Source of the DNA: Mobula hypostoma
Lineage: Eukaryota
Length of the DNA stretch: 64,000 nucleotides
Direction: 5' to 3'
Assembly (NCBI RefSeq): GCF_963921235.1
Contig: NC_086123.1
Location: 20,584,001 to 20,648,000 of the forward strand
Shown piece after piece: positions 13,637 to 26,700 of this stretch; the first letter of the stretch is position 1; each line of letters starts with the position of its first letter. The notes under the pieces were generated by a model. The model had not been told where the DNA came from and ran no database searches. It saw nothing but the letters and a program-made list of their open reading frames with translations. Position numbers and translations under genes: made by a program.

Positions 13637-13860
13637 GCCGAGCCGTTCAGCGGGGAGAGCCGCTTCACCGTCCGGGGCGCCTACCTCCAGCACCGACCGC
13701 GCACCATGACTTCCAGCTACGGAAGCCGCTTGGTGATGACATCAACACAAGTGCGCATTTCGCAATATTCGGCGTAATCGCGACTCGGAACAGGATCGCC
13801 CTCAACACCCGCAGCTTTAACAAATCAGAACAATTTGCCACTGCATTCCGCGTCTAGTTC
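13637..13860 (-). promoter_or_regulatory. GPN3 5'UTR and CpG-rich promoter
   Basis: Local CpG/GC enrichment upstream of the ATG, with ETS-like CGGAAG, TGACATCA, TGCGCA and TCGCGA cores. Confidence 0.6.
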
Positions 13861-15164
13861 TTATGTTACATAAACGCATAAGCTGTTGGAAATGCTCCGG
13901 AGCCTCTATAGATACGCAAGTCAGAATTAATTTTTGAGGTCAGTGAACTTCCCTTAACGTATGAACTGAGTTTTCCAAACAAAATTGACGCAATATATGA
14001 TCCAATGTCCCAGGAGTCCAGCTGCCAATGGAAGGACAACCTCCATTCTCCAATGTAGCCGGCGACGGAAGGCCGGCTCACACGACCTGGTCAGTCATTT
14101 GTCCGCAGTGTACTTGCATTTCCCCTAGGTCAATCAGTTGGCCTTAGCTCCACAACGCTTTCCTAGTAAACACCAAAAATGTGTCAACCACTAATTTGTT
14201 CCCCACCCTAGCATAGGCGTTCTCTTCATTCATTCCATTTAAACAGGACCATTTCCTCATGAAAATTTAGCTTTTACCTCAGATGCTGCTTGACTTTCTA
14301 AGTCTTTCCAGCATTTTTAAATTTGTATTGAGGAGACATATTTTGCATTGTACATAAAAAAGCTGTAAAGTTGCCAATGCCTGGACTCGCCGTCAACTGC
14401 AGAAGTAGCTTTCTGTAATATACCCTCCACATTCCTCACAATGCCTCATAGCTGAAAGTAAATGTATTATCAATATGTATATGTCACCATAGACAACCCT
14501 GAGATTCATTTTCTTGTGGGAATATTCACTAAATCTGATAACTATAATAGAATCAATCAAATACCACACCAACAGTGTGGACAAACAGGATAGTTATAAA
14601 TTATCCTTCAGAGCAGGACAAGACACAGAAGATGTCCTGGTCATCCACTGCGCCTAGTCCCATCTCCAGCCACCTCAACTCTTGTCTTGCCACTGGATCC
14701 AGATGGGAATTGGGAAGAGAGAGTGAGGCTGACGCTGCGCAACTCTCCCTCACTTAAATCCAAATCACGCGCTAGTCTCGACACCATCATAATGGTGTTG
14801 AGGTCCTCATCGATGTTGATAATGGGCGAACACGTTCAGAGATTCAAAGACATTTATTATCAAAGTATGCAGTATACAACCCTGAGATTCATCTTCCCCA
14901 CAGACAGACACGGAACAAGGAAAGAAGACATTGGAACTCCTTCAAAGGAAAACATCAAACCCCCAAACGTGCAAAAATATAATAAACTACACAAACAGCA
15001 AAAAAAAGCGAAAAACGAAGAATATAGAACACCAAACCACAAATCATTAAACCATCGATTGTTCCTCCCACACCTCATTTGGAGTATCAGGCGGCAACTT
15101 GGCTGTCTCCTTAGCATTTGTCTGTTTTACCAGGCCGAGTTGCTAGCTCGGTGCTCAAACAGGA

Positions 15165-15920
15165 GGTCCCTCTTGGTAGACCATTTCGACGAGTACCTTC
15201 ATTCCGTCCGCCACAAAAAGTGGGATCTCTCGGTGGCCACCTATTGCCATTCTAATTCCCATTCCCATTCTGGTCCATGGCCTCCTCTGCTGCCACAACG
15301 AGGCCACACTCAGGTTGGAGGAGCAACACCTTATATTCCAAACAAGAGAAAGTCTGCAGATGCTGGAAATTCAAGCAACACACACAAAATGCCAGAGGAG
15401 CTCAGCAGGCCAGGCAGCATCTATGATAAAAAGTCCATGGATGCTGCCTGGCCTGCTGAGTTCCTCCTGCATTTCGTATGTGTTACCATATATTCCATGT
15501 GGGTAACCTCCAACCTGACGGCATGAACATCGATTTCTCAAACCTCCAGTAATTGTCACCCCCTTCACCATTCTTCATTCCTGTTTCCCTCTCTCACCTT
15601 ATCTCTTTACCTGCCTATCACCTCCCTCTGGTGCTCCTCCCCGTTTTTTTTCTCCCACAGCCTTCTGTCCTCTCCTATCAGATTCTCCTTTCTCCAGCCC
15701 TTTATTTCTTTCACTGATCAACTTCTCAGCTCTTTACTTCACTCCTCCCCCTCTCCCGGTTTCACCCATCACCTACCACCTTGTACTTCTTCCTCCCCTC
15801 ATCCCACCTTCTTACTCTGACTTCTCTCCTCCCTTTCCAGTCCTGATGAAGGCTCTCAGCCTGATATGTTGACTGTTTCCTCTTTTCCAAAGATGCTGCC
15901 TGGCCTGCTGAGTTGCTCTG
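15165..15920 (+). mobile_element. Penelope-like element 3' part (GIY-YIG C-terminus plus pLTR) with nested fold-back
   Basis: EYLHSVRH..DLSVAT...RLEEQHLIF..G.LQPDGMNIDFSN remnants; pyrimidine-rich 3'UTR; degenerate HHR at 15839-15874. Confidence 0.85.
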
Positions 15921-16555
15921 GCACTATGCTGTGGTGAGAATAAAGTCACAGTATTTTCCCTCCCTTTCAACACAAGTGCATGAGTGGGTGAGTGACCCTT
16001 TCTCTGAATCTTCTGCTCAGCCTGAGAACTTGACTTTGAGAGAAGATCAAGAACTTTGTGAGCTGCACTCTGATCTTGCACTCAAGATGAGATTTACTGA
16101 CGTGCACCTGGACAAGTTCTGGATTTCTATGAAAAAAGGGTATCCTGCCATTCATAAGAAAGCAATGAACATTTTGCTGCAGTTTTCAACTTCTGACGTA
16201 TGTGACCAAGCTTTTTCTCGTTTAACAAGCATCTTCAAGGACAGAAATCATCTCATTTCAGTTGAAGGTGAAATCCATGTGTACTTATCTCAAGTTCCAC
16301 CCAGAACTGAGAAATTTATTATGTTTCCCTTATGAGTTTTTAAGATTTATGGCGGGGAAAGAAAGAGATTAATTTCAAGAGAGGTAAGTAAAAATTCGAT
16401 ATCTACTCAAAAGAGCATTGACAATTATTTTTTCGATTATATCTACAACTTACTGATCACGCTAACGTACCGTTAGCTGTAGATGTAATAACTTTTACGC
16501 AGGGTTTCCCTGAAACCTCAAAATGATTTCAAGGGTTCCGTCAGGGTCTAAACCT
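15920..16555 (+). mobile_element. hAT (Charlie/Buster-type) transposon 3' remnant
   Basis: ORF 15913..16335 WVSDPF...LDKFWI...YPAI...LLQFSTSDVCDQAFS matches the hAT C-terminal dimerisation domain. Confidence 0.85.
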
Positions 16556-16599
16556 TACGTTGTTTACATTCGGCTTGGAAACATTGTTTCAAAATGTTC

Positions 16600-16725
16600 A
16601 TGGGGACATGCTTGTGCGCATGCCCACATTGAATCCCCTCTCAGCAGAGACAGGGACTGTCACTAGAGACTCGGCCACTTGCCTGACGCTTCGTGCATCA
16701 GGTGCCCGGCTGGGCTGGGAGAGCC
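16600..16725 (+). promoter_or_regulatory. FAM216A promoter with NRF1-like site TGCGCATGCCCA (16615-16626)
   Basis: One mismatch to TGCGCATGCGCA, about 100 bp upstream of the ATG, in a GC-rich patch. Confidence 0.5.
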
Positions 16726-16814
16726 ATGTACCCCAGGAAACAGGTTACCTTTCAGGAACGAGGGTCGGTTTGGCAGGATCTACAGGAGCCACCCAAGACT
16801 AGCGGAGCAAGAAG
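16726..16814 (+). CDS. FAM216A: FAM216A putative exon 1 (MYPRKQVTFQERGSVWQDLQEPPKTSGAR)
   Basis: gagccATG context in a GC-rich patch; strong donor AAG|GTAAGG; phase 2 fits the next exon. Confidence 0.7.
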
Positions 16815-19800
16815 GTAAGGAATACATCTATAATTTCTTGCTCATTTTTATTCTCCTCCGGGCTGTGCCTTTAACGAGATGTACAGGGAATCAAACGGAG
16901 GCTGTTGCTTATCCTCGGAATACATCTGTGGATTCCGCTTTTGAAACACAACCGGCGCTTTACTTGCTTTCCTTTTCGCAAGATTCGACTTATTTGATTT
17001 TTAAAAAAATTATTTTTGTATTCGAGAGGAATCGTGCTGATTCTCAGCTTCTCAGTAGAATGTTTTGCTGGGCAACTGTTATTTTTACACTTAGCACCTC
17101 CCTGCTTCAGTTTTTTACCGCGCAGAGCGCTTTCTCCCAGGCCACTTCGCACCCCTTTCGTGTCCCGTGCCTGTGTGCTGGGATCACGAAGTATTTGGCT
17201 AGTTTTGTTACGGTTTCCCACAAGTGAAGAGGGCAGTGTTTATCCAGTGATGACTGCACTCTAGCATTCCCGTTGGCGACGGAGGACGTTAACATCCAGG
17301 AGGCGGATAACGAAGTTCACTTTCGCCGCTGCGGTGCAGTCACCGTCACGGTTTCTCGAATTTCAGGTGTCTGGTATCAGTGCCAAGAACTTAAAATCTG
17401 TGACGAAAATCCAAAGTCGTAAATCTATCCATGCAAAACCAAAAAAAAAACAAAACAAACACAAAATTCTGGAGTCACTTTTGTTTCACCCGCAAGCATT
17501 AACATTATAGAACGGAGATGAAGGGGAATTTTTTAACCAGAGATTGGTGAATCCATGGAATTCATTGTTCACAGGTTGCCGTGGAGGTCAAGTCTTTGGG
17601 TGTATTTAAGGCAGAGGCTGATAGGTTCTTGATTGGCCAGGGCATGAAAGGGTTACGGGGAGAAGGCAGGGTACTGGGGCTGAGAGCGAAAATAGATCAG
17701 CCGCAATGAAATGGAACACTCGACGGGCCAAATGGCCTAATTCTGTTCCTCTATCATAAGGTCTTATAATGCAAGTATTTCTAGATGGTTGAAAGTAATT
17801 GGTGTTTGAGTTCCAAGCTGCCTTTCTCCAGGATCAGATTTAGAATTCCACTTATTCCCTGTAAGATATAGCTTTCCAATATTTTCTGTTTAAGTCCTTT
17901 GAAGAAAGACAGCTGTGGTTGTCCGCTCCAGTATTAGAAATCTGAGCATTCATTCATAAGTAGAAATAGTACTGTATTGCAAAGCGTTGTGCTAACCACT
18001 ACACAACCGTGCTGCCCTGAGGGCCTAGATTATCCAGATGCAGATAATTTTGTCATAATATATTGTTGCTTGTGGGAGCTCATTGTGCACAAATCAGTTC
18101 TCACCTTTACTGCAATTAGAGTTGACCAAAAAAGGGTCTTGGAAAATGTTTGAAAGTGCTATGCAAATGCAAGATTTTAATGAAAATGTTACATCAGATT
18201 AATTGTTTTCTGCAGTTTGCTCCGATAGGAATGCCATTTGGTTCACTCCCCCAACAGTTCCAGTGCAAACTTGTAGCCTCCTGTCAGAGCGTTCAGTACT
18301 GTAGTTTGAACTGACAATCTAACTGCTACACATTCTGCATGTTGGAAACACCAAACTCTTGCTGAGTTCTATATCTGACCTTCATTAGTCTGAATGAGAA
18401 CCCGCAAATCAATAACCAATGCAATTCCCGTCCCTGCCTGTAAGGAGTGTGAACGTTCTCCCCATGACCACGTGAGTTTCCTCCAGGTGCCCTGGTTTCC
18501 TCCCACAGTCGAAAGACGTACCGGTGTTAGGTTAATTGATCACTATGAATTGTCCCATGATGAGGTTAGGATTAAATCAGGGGATTTCAAGGCAGCGCTA
18601 CTCAAAGGGCCAGGACTATTCCACACTGTATCTCAGTTTAAAACAAAATACAGCAATGACAAAATCCGCAAAGACAATTTAGTGAGAATCTAAGAAAAAT
18701 GGATGAGGAGAAATTTAGAATTAGTAAAAGAATAAGATAACTTCCATAATACTGATTTTATTATGCTAAGTCATATATTATTAACAAATGTCAGATTGGT
18801 ACAAATGTAGGATTTCATTTTGCATTTCCCATTCCATTTTCTTTCACTGGAATACTCATGCACTAGATGTAATATTATCTCAAAATGTTGTTCATTTTAG
18901 GGCACCAGGATTTCAAACTCCAAAACTTCATGATTCAGCTGGTAGGTAGGCACTTCTGCTTTCCTGGATGCGTCAAGGTAATTTAATCATTTATGAAGGT
19001 GACTTGGTTACCTTTGTAAGAGTTGACTCATTTGTTAGATTTGATAAATAAGTATGTATTCTCTTGGCTTTGTAGCTGAAAACTGATGTGCTGTTTTATT
19101 TATTATGCCTTAGCTGCTTTAGTGGTTCTGTGTTGATGTCAAGAGTGGGATATATGGATGTTGATTATAGGGGTCTCCCCACCATCTGCTGGGGACATAA
19201 GACCATAAGATATAGGACCAGAATTAGGCCATTTGGCCCATTAAGTCTACTCCACCACTTCATCGTGCCCAAACCAATTTTCCTCTCAGCCCCAATCTCA
19301 TGCCTTCTCCCAGTATCCCTTCATGCCCTGACCAATCAAGAATCTATCAACCTCTGCCTTAAATATACATAAAGACTTGGCCTCCTAGCTGCCTGTGGCA
19401 AAGAATTCCACTGATTTACCACTCCCTGGCTGAAGCAATTCCTCCTCATCTCTGTTCTAAAAGGACACCCCTCTATTCTGAGGCTGTGTCCTCTGTTCTT
19501 AGACTTTCCCACCATAGAAAACATCCTCTCCACATCCATTCTATCAAGGCCTTTTTCCATTTGATGGCTTTCAATGCTAGTGTCTTCCACAGTGAAGACT
19601 GATGCATAATATTTACATAGTTCGTCTGCCATTTCCTTGTCCCCCATTACTACATCTCTAGCATCATTTTCCAGCAGTCTGATATCCACTCTTGCCTCTC
19701 TTTTACACTGACTCCAGAGCAGAACTAATTCCAGCCATTGTTGCTCTGCCGTCATCCCTGCCAGTGTTCTTTTCCAATCAATTCTGCCAACTCCTCTCTC

Positions 19801-20757
19801 ATGCCTCTGTAATTCCCTTTTCTCCATTGTAACACTGATATATCTGACTTTACATTCTTCTCAAATTTCAGGGTGAATTCGATTTTGTTATGATCACTTG
19901 TTCCTAAGGGTTCTTTTACCTTAAGCTCGCTAATCAATTCTGGTTCATTGCACAACACCCAATCAAGAATAGCTGATCCCCTAGTGGGCTCAACTATTAG
20001 TTGTTCTAAAAAGCCATCTCATAGCCACTCTAGAAATTCCCCATCCTGGAATCCAGCACCAATCTGATTTTCCCAATCTTCCTGCATATTGAAGTCCCAG
20101 ACAACTATTGTGACATAACCTTTTTGGCATGCATTTTCTATCCCCTGTTGTAACTTGTAGACCATGTCCTTACTACTGTTTTGTGTTCTCTATACAATTC
20201 CCATCAAGGTCTTTTTACCCTTGCAGTTCCTTAGCTCTATCCATTCTGATGATGACCGCTGTTCTTAGCCCTGCCTGCCTTTAATTTCCTCTTGCTAATC
20301 AATCCCAAATGCCAATTAGTTGCTGGTCTAAACTCATTTTCGCTGTAGTGACCCGCTGCTGGCTATTCTACTCGGACAGTGGACATTTATCAGGGGCACT
20401 GCGTGTGCAGGGCCTTTAGCTTATCAAGGATCCCGCCCATCCATCCAGCAACCACTCTGACTTACTACCATCAGGCAGGAGACTCCGATGCAGAAAAACA
20501 AGAATCACAATCAAGTTTATTGTCACCAGCATGTGCTGTGAAATTTGTTAACTGAGCAGCGGCAGTACAATGCAGTACATGATAATATAGAAAGAAAACA
20601 AATAACCAAGTAAATCAATTATGCAGTGTATATAAGGTAAGCACTTCTGCTTTCCTGGATGCATCAAGGTAATTTAATCATTTATGAAGGTGACTTGGTT
20701 ACCTTTGTAAGAGTTGACTCGTTTGTTAGATTTAATAAACAAGCATGTATTCACACA

Positions 20758-20793
<36 letters not shown>

Positions 20794-23700
20794 GTATAGT
20801 GAATAGATTAAAAGTAGTTCAAAACCAGAAATAATATATATTAAAAAAAGGAAAAAAGTGAGGTCGTGTTCATGGGTTCAATGTCTATTTAGGAATCTGA
20901 TGGCAGAAGGGAAGAAGCTGTTCCTGAATCACTGAGGGTGTGCCTTCAGGCTTCTGTACCTCCTTCCTGATGGTAACAATGAGAAGGGGGCATGCCCTGG
21001 GTGATGGGGGTCCTTAATAATAGACGCTGCCTTTCTGAGGCACCGCTCACTGAAGATGTCTTGCATACTATGGAGGCTAGTATCCAAGATGAAGCTGACT
21101 AATTTTACAATTTTGTACCTTCTTTTGGTCATATGGACTAGCACCACCCCCCTTCCCCCCACCATCACGTACCAGACAGTGATGCAGCCTGTCAGAATGC
21201 TCTCCCATGGTACATTTATAGACGTTTTCGGGTGTTTTAGGTGACAAACCGAATTATTGTGTGGCTGCTGCCCATGATTGGAGAACAAAGCACGAGAGGG
21301 AGAACAAAGCACGAGAGAGAGTTCCAAAGTTTTCAGGCGTTTGTAAAGAAAGTTCTGATAAATCGGGCAGTGTGGGCTCTCTGGATAAATATAAGTTCAT
21401 ATCTGGCAAGTGCACTGAGAGATTGTTCTCCTTTTTCTGCTTCTGCCCTTTAGGGCTGGTGTGTCTACCGACGGTAAAAGCATCTGAAACAAAGGAATGG
21501 AAAGCTAAGGAGAATCATGGCATGTTGCAGCAATTGTCACTCAGTCCACAGCTGAAAACGATACACATTCCCAGATCAATGGAGAAAGCCCCTTTTCTGC
21601 AGGTGTCTATTCAATATAACAGTATGCTTCTAAAGCCAATATATGCAACAACTTCTTAATCCCAATAACTTGGAAATGTACTTGAGGATTTGGGGCATTT
21701 TGCAAACATATGAGAGCGAGGGTGTGTGTGTATGTATACAGATATTTCCCAATCAATTGCTTAGAAATTGAAGGCAAATAAATGAAAGTTGTGTTAATGA
21801 AATTGCAATAAAAAAGATCTGCAGATGCAGGAAATCTAAAATAGGAACAGAAAATGCTCGGTAGGTAACTGGTTTATTATTGTCACATGACCTAAGATAC
21901 AGCGAAAATTTTTGTTTTGTGTGTCATCCATACATATCATACCAAACATAACCACATTGTAGTAGTACAAAAAACAAAGCAATAAAATTTTAAATATAAT
22001 GTTTCTGATAACACAGAAAGTGCAGTGTAGGTAGACAGTGTAGGGATAAGACAAGAAGATTGTGAAATCAAGAATTCTCCTTTATTGCAGGCTGACCTTG
22101 AGCCTGTTGGTTCATGTTTTCAAACTTTTGTTATCTTTTGCCCAATGGAAGTGTGGAGAAGAGAGAGATTAGCCAGGGTGGGAAGTGTCTTTGATTACGC
22201 TAGCGGCTTTGCTGAGGCGACAGGAAGTGTAGTCAGTCAATGGAAGAGAGCCAGGTTTTCGTGATGAATGGGCTGTATCCACAGCCTTCTGCAATTACTT
22301 GCAGCCTTGGGCAGAACAGTTGCCATACCAAGCTGAAATGTGTCAGGAAGGATATTCATAAAAATAGGTGAGGGTCAGGCATCTTTGGAAGGAAAAACAT
22401 CTAACATTTCAGGTCAAGATATTTCTCACATTTTCTGTTTTTTTAAATTAATGAAGGATCTAACTTTGTTAACATGATGAGTGCTGCACTTTGGGGTCAG
22501 GATAAAGGTCTAGTCCTTACTATGGGTGCTGTTGACATACCAGTCTTTACTCCAAAACAAGAGAAAATCTACAGATGCTGGAAATCTGAGCAACACACAC
22601 AAATGCTGGAGCATTTTATGTGTGTTGCTCTTACTCCAAAAGTTCCTTGGGTTGACACTTATTGAAAAAAAAGATGCACACTTGCATGGCGGCTCCTACA
22701 AGTTCAGGCTTTAGAATCATTGAAGAAGTTTTTAAAGTGTAGTTACCTTTGCGATATAAGATGCACAAAACTGACTTTCATCTGGAGTATTGCATACAGT
22801 TCTGATTGCCCCACGATGGGAAGGATGTTGAGGCTTTGGAGAGGGTGCAGAAGAGGTTTACCAGGATGCTGCCTGGTTTAGAGGGCATGTGCTATCATGA
22901 GAGGCTGGATGAACTTGGTTTGCCTGCTATGTGGTCAAGGTAAATACATTAGAGGCTTTTAGGAGATGTTCAGATAGGCACATGAATATGAGGAAGATGG
23001 AGGGATATGGACAGTGTGCTGTGCTCTACTGCCCTAGGTTCTATCATCTATACCAACCTTCTGTTTTCCACTTGTTAATTCCTACTCCAATAAGTTGTAA
23101 ATCTTGTACAATAACTGCTTGTTGGGTAGTGTATCAAATGTGTTTTTTCTCTTCAAAAATCAGATATACATCTCAGTTAATTGTCAAACAAAAACGGCGT
23201 AGACTTGCAAGTGCTGATGTTCTCCCTCTCCTTCATCAGAGTTTATTGTCACGTGCACAAGTATATATCTGTAAAAGTGCAATGAAAAACTTGCTTACAA
23301 CAGCATCACGGGCACGGAGCATCACGTAAGCAACATTCACAAGAAAAACTTAAGTTGAACAAACTTTACAAGAATTTCTTAAACATCAAGGGTACACTTG
23401 TCATATTCCAACCCATAAGGGCTCCTTTGTAATTAAAGGATTTTTTACAAGAGCAGAAGCTGTTAAAGGAATGAAATTAAAGGAATTGTTTTAAGAGCAA
23501 AATAGGTTCACCAACTCTGCAGCCACCCCTTTTAAAACCATTACTTTATGGTAAGTATTTTTGATGGAATGACATAGAAAATAAAATAGGCTGTTAGTTG
23601 CACAATCTGAAAAATGTGTAATACAATTAAATTTCCAGCTCACTTCATATTCTGAACTTTTTCTAGGCTTGCTGAATGGTGTCATCCATTTTAATGAGCT

Positions 23701-26700
23701 TAGCAATGAATAACTCCTCTAACATAGTGATCCATTCAATGCTGTGCCTATCTCAATAGTAGTGGTAAACAAAACAAATAGACTTCATGCACTGTGTAAA
23801 GAAACTTAATGTATTCAATTATATTTTGGACAATCTTTTCTATGCTTATGTTCAATACATTTTGTAAAAATGTGTTGCAAGATTTGGTTAATACACCTGG
23901 TACAGGAGTTCACAACCTGGGGTCCACAGACTATTTTGTTAATGGTAAGGCTCCATGGCATAATAAAGGTTGGGTAAATTTATCTACAAAAGTACATGCA
24001 GACTGACATTTCTTAAAATGAATTCTATACAAGGTCCTTTGAGAAATGAATAATGGCTCTGGTGAAGTCACTATTTGTACAAATTTATGCTTATGTCAGC
24101 TTTGTTTGGGTGGGAATACTTCCTGAATTAGTGACTGTGAATTTAAAGCCAGTATAGAAACCGAACACAGAGTCTGGCCTGACTCCTCAGTAGGTGCCAA
24201 GGGAGTGTTGCATCGAGTGGGGGTGCCATCTTTCAGATATCAGGTGTATTTGCTCAGCTGGACATACAAACTCTTCTGGCACTGTCCGTAGGGTAGAAAA
24301 CTATCCAGGAATAAATCTTCAAACAACACCATAAAATAAATTAAATTGTCCTTAATCTCACTTTTTTTTATTTTTGTGATCTACAAATTACATTGCAGTC
24401 AAAATGTTAACTGCTGATGCTCAGGAGTTATTTATTGGTTACCAAGTTTCTTGAGATGCATTGTGGATGTAAAAGTATTAGTGATTAATATTTATCTATT
24501 GCAGTACAGCACAGAGCAAGCACTGCCCAGTAACCTTCAGTTTAATCCGAGCCTTATCATGGGACAATTTGCAATGACCAATTAACTTATCAATTGGTAT
24601 GTCTTTGGATTGTGGGAGGAGGCTGGAGCACCTGGAAAAAACCCACAGGGTCACGGGAAGAGTGTACGAGCTCCTTTCAAAGGGTGGTGGGAATTGAACC
24701 CGGGTCGCTGGTACTGTAAAACATCGTGCTAATTGATACGCTACCATGCCGCCCCCCCCCCATTCAAATATTTAAGCTCATGATTGTAATTTGCTCCGTT
24801 TCAGAAAAAGCTACAAAATAGTAACAGAATTAATCAAACATAATTCCATTATGCTTATTAAGTTATTGCTTCAGAATACGTTTGATGATTTGCTGAGAAG
24901 TGTGCAATTGTAAAACTTAGTGAAGGACCAGATGTTCCTTTCAGGACTTGCTAGGTGGAAGGTCACATGACTAAAATAATTGTTTAATTGATGATTTTTG
25001 ATGCCAAGTGCAATATCTGGGGTTGAAAACCTGTGGAAATAGTGAATATCCTATAGCCTTGCTCTTTGTGAAATGAATGATTATGTCCTTCTGGTTTTGG
25101 CTTTAGCCGACTGTGGTTATAACGCCACCTCCAAATTGATTAACAATAACAGATATCCATTGCTAGTGTACTGTATTTGAAGTGATGCGGTGATCAATTT
25201 AAGCATTTTTAAATAACCAAAGCATTCTTCCACTTTTGATTTTCATTCGCATGATCGATGTTTAATTTGTAATTTGGTTCTCCTCGATGATAAGCCAGCA
25301 CCATTGGTCAAAAGAAAGAAGGGTAATATCATCTGTTATAATACTGTTATAATATTGTCTAATATTGTCCTCTACTACAACTTGATTCTTTCTTCAGAGT
25401 GATACTGAAACCAGTAAGTATCAAGAGTTGGATGGTCTTTGCAAACACAGGCATTGTTGAAGTTGCATTCCTTCATGTGAGATGATAAAATATATCCGAC
25501 TACTTCAATACTACCCCTGCTGTTCTATGCTCTAGTTCGAATGGGGGCTCAGTAGATGCGAAACACTTTTGGACATTCCTGAGAGAGACAAAGGTTTTTC
25601 ATTTTATGCAATCACATTCAGAGGGAAATAATGGTCAATAAGGAAGATTTCTGCCTTTATTTTTATTAGTGGATAATGGAACCTATACTTGTTCAATGTT
25701 ACAGAATTTTAATGTGTATTAATTAAAATTTGATTAACTTGGGGTTTGCTGCAACTGGTTTAATTTGTGTTCAGGCTAATAAGAATGGACTGATAGTTCT
25801 GAAAAGGAATGAGTCCCTTTAGCATATTGTTGTTTATATTCCAGCACCCGAGCTTGAAAACAGGGCAGAAGCGATATCTATTTAGTATTGCTAACATCTA
25901 TAACACAGATCATATGCGTAGGCTGATGGAGAGGCAATACTTAAATATGCTGCAATGCCGCACAAAGCTTGGTAAGTAATGAACATGTGACAATTAAGAA
26001 GCATTTCCTGTGTTTTATATCAAAATTCAAATCAACTAATTTGAGGGGTTTTTTTGTACCCTGTTGTCTAAGTATACACTGAGCTTGATGTTTGTGCAAC
26101 TGGAAAGGCAGAAAGCGGAAACATGAGAAGCAAGAAAGGTTCCAGTTGGTAAGAGGCAGAGACCAAGGTTCACGAACTTGTGTTCAAATCTATTAGTTGC
26201 ACAGATGGGTAAATTAATTTTCTTTGATTTGTTGACCATTTAAGCTGATTGCTTTACTGTGCTTGATCCTAATCTTGAAATTGCATGCAGTCTTAGTTAA
26301 TCGTAAAAAATTTTGGGAGAGTTTTTAAAGTGTTTATTGTGAAGGATCATGGCTTAGGAGCGGAGATACAATGAATGCATTTTAATTCCATTTGATTTTA
26401 GTTTTATTTATTGAGATACAGTGCAGAATAGGCTGGTGACCGGCCTTTTAACTCTAACCGAAGGCCAATTAACCTCCTCACTAGTAGGTCTTTGGACTGT
26501 AGGAGGAAGCCAGAGCACCCGGAGAAAATCCACTCATTCCACAGGGAGGACATACAGAGGATGTTGGGATTGAACTCTGAAGCATGCAAGGAGCTGGTTG
26601 GATTCGAACCCGGGACCACTCACCTTGAAGTCCAGTGCTGATGCCACGACACCACCAGCCAGCTATGCTGGTTGGCACCTGGTTTTTTTAACATGTACTC

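Noticed and set aside
14687-15526. 279-aa ORF
   Set aside because: Chance read-through across Rex, SINE and Penelope fragments; not a coherent gene.
15913-16335. Domesticated ZBED/FAM200-like gene
   Set aside because: Only a C-terminal fragment with a degraded CE motif and no ATG-led full ORF; treated as a hAT remnant.
16679-17227. 182-aa ORF over FAM216A exon 1/intron 1
   Set aside because: Non-ATG start, runs through a strong donor, different frame from the spliced model.
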